From assembly GCA_046756545.1 (NCBI GenBank), contig JBHHWM010000004.1, positions 1-52,858 of the forward strand: a stretch of DNA of 52,858 nt, written 5' to 3'. Shown piece by piece: positions 45,349 to 52,858 of this stretch. The DNA comes from Rhodothermales bacterium (GTDB taxonomy: Bacteria; Bacteroidota; Rhodothermia; Rhodothermales; JBHHWM01). Within the stretch, counting starts at the first letter, position 1; each line of letters opens with the position of its first letter. Made by a program: the position numbers and the translations under genes. Below the pieces are notes generated by a model. The model saw nothing but the letters and a program-made list of their open reading frames with translations. It did not search any database and was not told where the DNA came from.

Positions 45349-46374
45349 TTGAGTAAAGTGATCCGAGCCCGTGCTCCGCTGCGCCTCAGTTTCGGCGGCG
45401 GCGGCACCGATGTGGCACCCTACGCCGACGAGCGCGGCGGCTACTGTATCAACGGCACGATCAACCTCTACGCCTACGTTACCCTGGTTCCCAACCAGAC
45501 GCGGACGATCCGCATCCACTCCCTCGATTACGGGGAACAGGTTGCCTACTCCCTCGATGACGGCCCCGACCCCGAAGATTTTCAGATGAATCTGGCCAAG
45601 GGCGTCATGGATCGCCTGGAGGTTACCCGGCGACGTGCGACCGGGTTCGACCTGTATACCCACGCCGACTGCCCGCCCGGCTCAGGGCTGGGCGCGTCCT
45701 CTACGATGGTTGCTGCCCTCATCGGAACCTTCGACCGCTGGCTGCAACTCGGCCTTGATCGCTACGAAACGGCCCATCTCGCCTTCGAGATCGAACGAAA
45801 GGATCTCGGCATTCAGGGCGGCAAACAGGATCAGTATGCGGCCACCTTCGGCGGATTCAACTTCATGGAATTCAACGGCGACGAGGTGTTGGTCAATCCG
45901 CTCCGTATTTTGCCTGAGTGGGTCAATGAACTCGAGTATTCTATGGTGCTGGCCTATTCCGGGCAAAGTCGTAACTCCGCAGACATCGTCAGCGACCAGA
46001 TAGACAACTACCGGCACCAACGTCAGGAGTACGTCGAGGCCATGGACTGTACCAAGGCGCTGGCCTTCGAGATGAAGCACCGGCTGTTGAAGGGCGAGTT
46101 TGAAGCCCTGGGGATCTTGCTGCACGATGCCTGGCTGGCGAAGAAAGGCATGTCCGATAAGGTCTCCAATCCCCATATCGACGCGCTCTACGAGGCGGCT
46201 ATGGCCGAGGGAGCCCTCGGGGGCAAAGTCTCGGGGGCCGGTGGCGGGGGGTTTATGTTCTTTTTTACGGGCTTCGACAGGCGGCACCACGTGATCGAGG
46301 CGCTCGAAAAGCGAGGGGCCCAGGTTGTGCATTTTGGATTTACAGACGCAGGGATTCAGACATGGATACGCTAA
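45349..46374 (+). CDS. hddA: D-glycero-alpha-D-manno-heptose-7-phosphate kinase (GHMP family)
   Basis: RAPLRLSFGGGGTD, PPGSGLGASS, GGKQDQYAATFGGFN, GAGGGG. Confidence 0.92.
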   Translation: MSKVIRARAPLRLSFGGGGTDVAPYADERGGYCINGTINLYAYVTLVPNQTRTIRIHSLDYGEQVAYSLDDGPDPEDFQMNLAKGVMDRLEVTRRRATGFDLYTHADCPPGSGLGASSTMVAALIGTFDRWLQLGLDRYETAHLAFEIERKDLGIQGGKQDQYAATFGGFNFMEFNGDEVLVNPLRILPEWVNELEYSMVLAYSGQSRNSADIVSDQIDNYRHQRQEYVEAMDCTKALAFEMKHRLLKGEFEALGILLHDAWLAKKGMSDKVSNPHIDALYEAAMAEGALGGKVSGAGGGGFMFFFTGFDRRHHVIEALEKRGAQVVHFGFTDAGIQTWIR

Positions 46375-46961
46375 CCGACACGGGGACTATCGCCCAGATG
46401 CGCCGGCAGCTCGCCGAAGCGCGCCGCGTGCAGGAGGCTGTTCAGGAACTGGTGCCCGCTCTCGCTGCGCTCGCCGAGCATATCGCCGACGCGTATCGAA
46501 ACCAGCGACAGGTCATCTTTTTCGGCAACGGGGGCAGTGCCGCCGCCGCCCAGCACTGGGCCGCTGAACTCTCCGGGCGGCTTTACATGGATCGGAGCAC
46601 CCTCCCTGCGCTGGCGTTGACAACCAACACCTCGCAACTTACAGCTATCGCCAACGACTACGGCTACGACGAGGTTTTTGCGCGCCCGCTCTCCGGCCTG
46701 GCGCGGCCCGGCGACGTCGCCGTCGGCATTTCTACGAGCGGCCGGTCGGTCAACGTGCTGCGGGGGCTCGAAGCGGCGCGGCAACGCGGTGCCCTGACCG
46801 TGGGGTTCACCGGGGCCTCCGGCGATGCGATGGCCCCCCTGTGCGATTATCTGATCCGGATTCCGTCGGACGACGTGGCGCGCATCCAGGAAGGGCACGA
46901 GCTATGCGGGCACCTCATCTGGGCCGCCGTCGAGGAATTGTTGTTCGGGGAACAAACCTAG
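46362..46961 (+). CDS. gmhA: Sedoheptulose-7-phosphate isomerase
   Basis: GNGGSAA.AQH.AAEL, TAIANDYGY, STSGRS.N, IQEGH. Confidence 0.93.
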   Translation: MDTLTDTGTIAQMRRQLAEARRVQEAVQELVPALAALAEHIADAYRNQRQVIFFGNGGSAAAAQHWAAELSGRLYMDRSTLPALALTTNTSQLTAIANDYGYDEVFARPLSGLARPGDVAVGISTSGRSVNVLRGLEAARQRGALTVGFTGASGDAMAPLCDYLIRIPSDDVARIQEGHELCGHLIWAAVEELLFGEQT

Positions 46962-46967
46962 CCTCCC

Positions 46968-47552
46968 ATGGCTCGCAGACGCACCCACCGCCGTGCCGTT
47001 TTTCTGGATCGAGACGGCACGTTGAACCGGGAGGTTACGTATCTCTACCGTGCCGAAGATTTTGCCTGGATACCCGGAGCCCCGGCGGCGGTGCGTCGCC
47101 TGAACGAGGCGAGTCTGCTGGTGATCGTGGTCACCAACCAGGCGGGAGTAGCACGGGGCTACTACACGGAAGACGATGTGCGCGTCCTCCATGCGTTCAT
47201 GCAAGACAGGTTGCACCAGGAGGCGAGAGCCCATATCGACGCATTCTATTATTGTCCCTGCCATCCCGAGGGCGTGGTCGAACCGTACCGGCAGCGCAGC
47301 CCCGATCGAAAGCCGGGCACCGGGATGTTTGAGCGAGCGTTCCGGGAATGGTCGATTGATCCAGCCCAATCCTTCGTCGTAGGAGATCGCAATACGGACA
47401 TCGAGCCGGGACGCCGCCTGGGCATGACGACGTTGCTCGTGGAGACCGGCTACGGCGCGCAGGAAAAAGCCGTGACGCGGGCCGACTACGTGGTGGAAAA
47501 CGTCGAGGCCGCTATTGCTCTTATTCTAACACTATGCGCTACGACCCCATAA
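46968..47552 (+). CDS. gmhB: Heptose-1,7-bisphosphate 7-phosphatase (HAD)
   Basis: FLDRDGTLN, VTNQAG, YCP.HP, RKPG.GM, GDR.TD. Confidence 0.93.
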   Translation: MARRRTHRRAVFLDRDGTLNREVTYLYRAEDFAWIPGAPAAVRRLNEASLLVIVVTNQAGVARGYYTEDDVRVLHAFMQDRLHQEARAHIDAFYYCPCHPEGVVEPYRQRSPDRKPGTGMFERAFREWSIDPAQSFVVGDRNTDIEPGRRLGMTTLLVETGYGAQEKAVTRADYVVENVEAAIALILTLCATTP

Positions 47553-48373
47553 AAGACCGACTGGGACGCTTTTTCAGCCGCAGGCCGTTGCTGCAACGAT
47601 TGTTCTATGGCCTGTTGAACCTGTTCTTCTTGCGGGCCTGGTACGTCCGGCGCGAAGTGCGGCGGCTACTCGGCGCAATGTCCCCGCAGCAACCGATCCG
47701 TGTGCTGGATGCCGGGACGGGCTTCGGCCAGTATGCCTATTTCATCGCCTGCACGTTTCCCCACGCCACGGTGCTGGCCGTCGACGTCAAGCAGGATTAT
47801 CTCGACAACGCACGCCACTTTCTGGGCCAAACGCCGCAGGCCGCGCAGGTGGACCTGGCCTACGAAGACCTGACGCAACTACAGGCCCAGGGGCCATTCG
47901 ATTTCATTCTTTCCGTGGACGTGATGGAGCACATCGAGGACGACCGCGCCGTGTTCCGCAACTTCGCGCGCGTGTTGCGGCCCGGCGGCCAGGTGCTCAT
48001 CAACACGCCGTCGGACCTGGGGGGCTCGGATGTGCAGGAAGAGGGCGAAGCGAGCTTCATCGAAGAACACGTCCGCGACGGCTACAACCAGGGCGACCTC
48101 GAAGGGAAGCTGCGTGAAGCCGGGCTCGAGCCGATCCGCACCCTCTATACCTACGGGCCCTATGGGTCGCTCGCGTGGCGGCTGCTCATCAAGTGGCCCA
48201 TCAAGATGCTGAATCTGACGTGGGCTTTCTTGATTGTGCTGCCTTTCTACTATCTCATCCTGTTGCCCGTCGGCCTCGTGCTCCACGCCCTGGATCTCCG
48301 GCGGGACAACGAAGCCGGGACCGGGTTGCTCGTCGTGGCACGAAAACCGGGACGCGACGAAGATAGCGCGTAG
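47534..48373 (+). CDS. Class I SAM-dependent methyltransferase
   Basis: VLDAGTGFG, DVMEHIEDD, LRPGG, HVRDGY; hydrophobic C-terminal segment. Confidence 0.88.
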   Translation: MRYDPIKDRLGRFFSRRPLLQRLFYGLLNLFFLRAWYVRREVRRLLGAMSPQQPIRVLDAGTGFGQYAYFIACTFPHATVLAVDVKQDYLDNARHFLGQTPQAAQVDLAYEDLTQLQAQGPFDFILSVDVMEHIEDDRAVFRNFARVLRPGGQVLINTPSDLGGSDVQEEGEASFIEEHVRDGYNQGDLEGKLREAGLEPIRTLYTYGPYGSLAWRLLIKWPIKMLNLTWAFLIVLPFYYLILLPVGLVLHALDLRRDNEAGTGLLVVARKPGRDEDSA

Positions 48374-48601
48374 CCGGAGTCGAATCGATCCGACGTTGTC
48401 GATCCTCCGTTTGTCAACACCTCACACGAGTTTTGCAGAACGGCCATTGCCAAGGGGCCTGCCCCTGCCGTATTTTAGGCGGGCACCTCTTTGGTTTGTG
48501 CCTCTCCTCCCCGACCGTCTTTGCCTTTTGTTGCGTTCCGTTGTAGTGCGGGTCGAAACGTTTGGCTGTTTTGGGTGGTTCGTTTTAAAAAACAACCGGT
48601 T

Positions 48602-50308
48602 ATGTCTGTGCAAACCAAGTATATCTTCGTCACTGGCGGTGTTACCTCTTCTCTGGGTAAAGGCATCGTCTGTGCGTCGCTGGGGCGGCTGCTCAACGCG
48701 CGCGGCCTCCGCGTCACCATCCAGAAGTTCGATCCTTACATCAACGTCGATCCCGGCACGATGAACCCCTACGAGCACGGGGAAGTCTACGTCACCGACG
48801 ACGGGGCCGAGACAGACCTCGACCTGGGGCATTACGAACGGTTCCTGGGGCGACCGACCAGCCAGGCCAACAATGTGACGACGGGGCGGGTCTACCAGGA
48901 GGTGATTACGAAAGAACGTGCCGGGGCCTACCTGGGCAAGACGGTCCAGGTCGTGCCGCACATCATCGATGAGATCAAGCACTGGATGCTGAAACTCGGC
49001 GAAACCGGCCGGTTTGATGTGGTCATCACGGAGATCGGCGGGACGGTCGGCGACATCGAGAGCCAACCGTACCTGGAAGCCATTCGCCAGTTGCGCTATG
49101 AGCTGGGTTCCCGCAATACGCTCAACGTTCACCTGACGCTCGTGCCCTACCTGGCTGCTGCAGGCGAACTCAAAACGAAGCCGACGCAGCACTCCGTCAA
49201 GACGCTGCTGTCCTACGGATTACAGCCGGACATCCTGGTCTGCCGTGCCGAGCACCCGCTCGATGCCGACCTGCGCCGCAAGATTGCCCTGTTTTGCAAC
49301 GTCGAGCCGCGCGGGGTCATTCAGTCGCTCGATGCCGAAACGATCTACGAAGTTCCTCTGCTCCTGGCCGAACAGGACCTCGACGGGCTCGTTATGGAAC
49401 GACTCCACATCTGCAGCGATTTCGAAGGCGAGCGGACGATTACCGAGCCGAAGATGGACGCCTGGATGACCTTCCTGCGTAAGCTCAAGAATCCGGAAGC
49501 CACCCTCCGTGTGGCGCTTGTGGGCAAATATGTGGAGCATCAAGATGCCTACAAATCGATCTCCGAGAGCCTCATGCTGGCCGGGGTCAAAAACGGGGTT
49601 CAGGTCGAGGTCAAGTATGTGCTCTCCGACGATGTATCGGAGGAAAACGTGGCGGATATTCTCAGCGACGTATCCGGCGTGCTGGTAGCGCCCGGCTTCG
49701 GCGAGCGTGGCATTGATGGAAAAATCGCGGCCGTGCGATATGCGCGCGAGAACGACCTGCCGTTTTTCGGCATCTGCCTGGGTATGCAGTGTGCCGTCGT
49801 CGAGTATGCGCGCAACGTGTGCGGCTGGACGGATGCTCATTCCACTGAATTCGACGAGGACTCGGCGCATGCTGTGATCGACATCATGGAGGAGCAGAAG
49901 AAGATCACGGACAAGGGCGGCACGATGCGGCTGGGGTCGTACGATTGCCATCTCGTCGAAGGGTCTCGCGTCCGGGAAATCTACGGTGAAACGGACGTGC
50001 AGGAACGGCACCGGCACCGCTACGAAGTGAATAACGTGCTGCGCTATAAGCTTCTCGAAAACGGCATGCAGTGTGTCGGTCTCAACCTCGAACGCGATCT
50101 TGTCGAGATTATTGAACTGCCCGAGAAGCGCTGGTTCATCGGTGTGCAATTCCACCCTGAATACAAATCCACGGTGGGTCGGCCGCATCCGCTGTTTGCC
50201 TCGTTCGTCGAGGCATGCACGGCGTATGCGCGCGAGAACGACATGATGACTACGCCGTTGCCGCCACGCCGCCGGAAGGTGTCGCGCCTGGCGGCGGCCA
50301 AGATGTAG
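48602..50308 (+). CDS. pyrG: CTP synthase
   Basis: [47 protein letters not shown]. Confidence 0.98.
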   Translation: MSVQTKYIFVTGGVTSSLGKGIVCASLGRLLNARGLRVTIQKFDPYINVDPGTMNPYEHGEVYVTDDGAETDLDLGHYERFLGRPTSQANNVTTGRVYQEVITKERAGAYLGKTVQVVPHIIDEIKHWMLKLGETGRFDVVITEIGGTVGDIESQPYLEAIRQLRYELGSRNTLNVHLTLVPYLAAAGELKTKPTQHSVKTLLSYGLQPDILVCRAEHPLDADLRRKIALFCNVEPRGVIQSLDAETIYEVPLLLAEQDLDGLVMERLHICSDFEGERTITEPKMDAWMTFLRKLKNPEATLRVALVGKYVEHQDAYKSISESLMLAGVKNGVQVEVKYVLSDDVSEENVADILSDVSGVLVAPGFGERGIDGKIAAVRYARENDLPFFGICLGMQCAVVEYARNVCGWTDAHSTEFDEDSAHAVIDIMEEQKKITDKGGTMRLGSYDCHLVEGSRVREIYGETDVQERHRHRYEVNNVLRYKLLENGMQCVGLNLERDLVEIIELPEKRWFIGVQFHPEYKSTVGRPHPLFASFVEACTAYARENDMMTTPLPPRRRKVSRLAAAKM

Positions 50309-50342
50309 CGATGTTGGATGTAACGCAGGCACTCCGACATCG

Positions 50343-50996
50343 TCAGAACCGCCGCATCAATCCGATCACACATCCGATGATATAGCAGCCCGGATCGCTG
50401 GGAGAGAAGGTCTCCTCGGTATAATGGCGATTGGCCGGGCGCAGGTGGATGCGTCCGTTCGTCAGATCATAGCGCCGGATGAGCAACGTCTCTCGAACCA
50501 GCGCGGCGGCAATGGTCCCGTTCCGCACTTCTCGTAGGGAGAGTTGTTCGATGATCAGGAGGTCTCCCTTGCGGATGCCGTCCCCGTTCATCCCGTCGTC
50601 GCCGGCTCGGCCCAGGATGCATGATTTCGGGTCGCGCGCATTGCGGAGGAAGAAAGGGTCCACCGAAAAGATGGCCGACGGGTTATCACGGAGCAGTTCC
50701 GGCTGATCGCTCGCCGTGCGGCTGACGACGATGAGGCGGCCGGGGCCGTCGTCGGGGGCAAAGGGGTCCTGGTCGGCGTCGACGTTGAGCAGGCGAATGC
50801 CGCGTGCGGCGTGCCGCTCCCGTTCTATATAGCCTTTCTGTTCGAGCGTCTGTAGCAATTTGAACGTGCCGTTCGTTGAGCGGATACCCAGCGCATCGCC
50901 AATCTCCTTGAGGGTTGGCGGTTTGCGAAAGGTGTGCATGTAGGTGCGGATATAGTTCAGGGCGTCGTTCTGGCGCTGGGTAAGGCTCGGCTGCAT
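50343..50996 (-). CDS. lexA: LexA-family repressor with a degenerate (non-autocleavable) S24 domain
   Basis: N-terminal LTQRQ...PPTLKEI..LGI.S.N....L..LEQKGYI....ARGIRL; S24 fold recognisable, but AG->SD, Ser->Gly and Lys->Arg. Confidence 0.88.
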   Translation of the reverse strand: MQPSLTQRQNDALNYIRTYMHTFRKPPTLKEIGDALGIRSTNGTFKLLQTLEQKGYIERERHAARGIRLLNVDADQDPFAPDDGPGRLIVVSRTASDQPELLRDNPSAIFSVDPFFLRNARDPKSCILGRAGDDGMNGDGIRKGDLLIIEQLSLREVRNGTIAAALVRETLLIRRYDLTNGRIHLRPANRHYTEETFSPSDPGCYIIGCVIGLMRRF

Positions 50997-51048
50997 GGCA
51001 AGACGGAGAATATATGTGTGCACATCAAGCAGGAGGAATATAGGGATT

Positions 51049-51097
51049 GGTGAATAAATTTTCACCCGGCAAAATAATAGGTGAACAAATTTTCACT
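51049..51097. promoter_or_regulatory. Two tandem palindromes GGTGAA-N6-TTCAC(C/T)
   Basis: 51049-51066 GGTGAATAAATTTTCACC and 51080-51097 GGTGAACAAATTTTCACT, 31 bp apart. Confidence 0.6.
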
Positions 51098-51185
51098 TCA
51101 GGGGTGTTGTGAACAGGGGGTGTGGAAAAGTGCATATGTGTATATAAGAGAAGCACACAAAAAATCAACTTTCCGGCCAAAATGC

Positions 51186-51247
51186 TTGACTTTCGACCCA
51201 AATACAGTACCTTTGAAGCGGTGGGGAAATGTGGGGAGAAATCCCAT
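51186..51247 (+). promoter_or_regulatory. mraZ (dcw) promoter and MraZ-box-like GTGGG repeats
   Basis: TTGACT (51186) and TACCTTTG (51208, fits TAnnTTTG), followed by GTGGGGAAAT GTGGGGAGAA at 10-bp period. Confidence 0.65.
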
Positions 51248-51294
51248 ATCCTCTTGGTTGAAGACAAAGAGTGCCTTTCACTTCCACGAAAGTC

Positions 51295-51735
51295 ATGTCG
51301 TTCAAAGGGCAAGCAGAGTACTCCGTTGATTCGAAAGGCCGGGTTGCCATCCCGGCCAAGATGAGAAGTGCCCTGAATCCGGAAGCGAAAAGCACCTTCA
51401 CGATCACCCGCGGCTTCGAGAAATGCATCTTTTTGTATCCGCTCGACCGGTGGCAGAAAATGGAAGAGGAAATTGGTGCGCTGAGTTCCTATGACCGGGA
51501 AGCCCGGGCTTTCACCCGCCGCATCATGATGTGGGCCGACGAGGTGACGCTCGACGGTCAGGGGCGCATCGGGTTGCCGAAGTCGCTAGCCGATTTTGCC
51601 GACATCAAGGATCGGGCGCTGATGCTCGGAGCCTATGATCGCATTGAGATCTGGAATCCGGAGGCCTTCGAGCAATACCTGAACGAAGAAACAGCCGACT
51701 ATGAGACGCTCGCCGAGCGGGTGATGGGCGTGTAA
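51295..51735 (+). CDS. mraZ: Transcriptional regulator MraZ
   Basis: FKG...[31 protein letters not shown]. Confidence 0.96.
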   Translation: MSFKGQAEYSVDSKGRVAIPAKMRSALNPEAKSTFTITRGFEKCIFLYPLDRWQKMEEEIGALSSYDREARAFTRRIMMWADEVTLDGQGRIGLPKSLADFADIKDRALMLGAYDRIEIWNPEAFEQYLNEETADYETLAERVMGV

Positions 51736-52766
51736 TGGAGCCGGATGAATCAGAGCGTCAGCAGGAAGCTTTCGACCATACCGTGCAAGGGGCCGAGGAT
51801 CCGTTACAGTACGCCACGGCCTACCATGCACCTGTTCTTTGCCAAGCTGTTATCGAAAGACTCGTGACCGACCCTGCGGGCCTCTACGTAGATGCCACGC
51901 TCGGCGGGGGCGGGCACTCCGCTGCCTTGCTCGACGCACTGGACCCGGAAGGGCGCGTCGTCGGGATCGACCGGGATGCCGATGCCCTGGAAGCTGCCGG
52001 CGTACGCCTGAGCAACGAAATGAAACGCAGTCGCTTCCGGATGATTCAGGGCGACTTCGGTGACCTCCAGCGGCTGCTGGACAAGATCGGCGTGACACAG
52101 GTCGACGGACTTTTGCTGGACCTCGGCGTCTCCTCGCACCAGATCGACGAGCCGGGCCGGGGGTTCAGCTACGCGGCGGAGGGGCGTCTCGACATGCGCA
52201 TGGATGTGCGTGGCGGGTTCATGGCCGACGAGGTGGTAAACCGATGGAGCGAAGAAGCCGTGCGCGACGTGCTGCGGCACTACGGGGAAGAGACCCGGGC
52301 GCGCAAGATTGCCCGCGCTATCGTCGCGGCCCGGCCCATCGCCACAACGACCCGCCTGGCCGATGTCGTCCGAAGCATCGTGCCCACCCGTGAAGAAGTC
52401 AAAACGCTGGCGCGTGTTTTTCAGGCCATCCGCATCGCCGTCAATGATGAATTAGACCGGCTGGAGCAGGTGCTGCTGGTGGGGCGCACCCTCGTAAAGC
52501 CCGGCGGGCGGATGGCCGTTATTTCGTATCACTCGCTGGAAGACCGTCGCGTGAAGCGCTACTTCCGCTACGGAAATTTTCGAGGCGAGCCCGTGCGCGA
52601 CTTCTATGGCAATCTGCTCACGCCCTGGCGTGTCATCACGCGAAGGCCCGTCCAGGCCGATGTTGCCGAGGTCGCAGCCAATCCACGCGCCCGGAGCGCG
52701 CGGCTACGCGTCGCCGAACGCCTCGAAGATCCGTCTTCGGACGATGACCTGAATCAGCCTCTATAA
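51735..52766 (+). CDS. rsmH: 16S rRNA m4C1402 methyltransferase
   Basis: [55 protein letters not shown]. Confidence 0.97.
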   Translation: MEPDESERQQEAFDHTVQGAEDPLQYATAYHAPVLCQAVIERLVTDPAGLYVDATLGGGGHSAALLDALDPEGRVVGIDRDADALEAAGVRLSNEMKRSRFRMIQGDFGDLQRLLDKIGVTQVDGLLLDLGVSSHQIDEPGRGFSYAAEGRLDMRMDVRGGFMADEVVNRWSEEAVRDVLRHYGEETRARKIARAIVAARPIATTTRLADVVRSIVPTREEVKTLARVFQAIRIAVNDELDRLEQVLLVGRTLVKPGGRMAVISYHSLEDRRVKRYFRYGNFRGEPVRDFYGNLLTPWRVITRRPVQADVAEVAANPRARSARLRVAERLEDPSSDDDLNQPL

Positions 52767-52778
52767 AGAAGTTAGGAA

Positions 52779-52858
52779 ATGCCAACATCTCGTGCTAATA
52801 AGGTGCGCCGCCGCCCGGCCACTCGGAAGGCAAGTAGCAGCAAGCCGACGAAAAACGC
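52779..52858 (+). CDS. 5' fragment of probable FtsL-like protein (truncated by window edge)
   Basis: ATG after AGGAA, basic N-terminus MPTSRANKVRRRPATRK; assigned only from dcw gene order. Confidence 0.4.
   Translation, partial: MPTSRANKVRRRPATRKASSSKPTKN

Noticed and set aside
50343-50996. Calling the lexA-like gene a pseudogene
   Set aside because: The frame is intact and full length, with conserved DNA-binding and structural residues; the changes I could identify concentrate at the catalytic and cleavage positions.

Overview
About 53 kb of GC-rich bacterial chromosome with about 45 CDS. Gene content and protein style (BatA-domain protein, DUF3047 pair, Bacteroidota-type UvrA, TAnnTTTG-like promoter) suggest a Rhodothermales/FCB-group organism; this is inferred, not searched. 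Left part (1-7 kb): M48 protease, MaoC dehydratase, COG2403 P-loop enzyme, DUF3047, M55 peptidase, DsbD-N protein and a KirBac channel. From 7 to 25 kb is an accessory cell-envelope cluster: five GT4 glycosyltransferases, a methyltransferase, an HTTM-like gene pair, a six-repeat secreted propeller, a flippase-like protein, DUF3047, MMPL, SDR, a B12-radical SAM enzyme and an MBL-fold protein. The right part is mostly housekeeping: uvrA, hflX, TPP riboswitch-thiC, gyrB, GT2/GT4 plus a GDP-heptose operon, pyrG, a lexA-like gene and mraZ-rsmH-(ftsL). The most notable observations are: (1) a LexA homologue with an intact DNA-binding domain but no Ala-Gly cleavage site and no Ser/Lys catalytic dyad, divergent from the dcw operon, with candidate operators between them; (2) two GT4 paralogues with an apparently identical 1126-bp core, diverged ends and block-wise strand skew, flanking a third GT4; (3) a candidate glycolipid synthesis/modification/export island. 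I recognised no rRNA, tRNA, CRISPR array, integrase or transposase.
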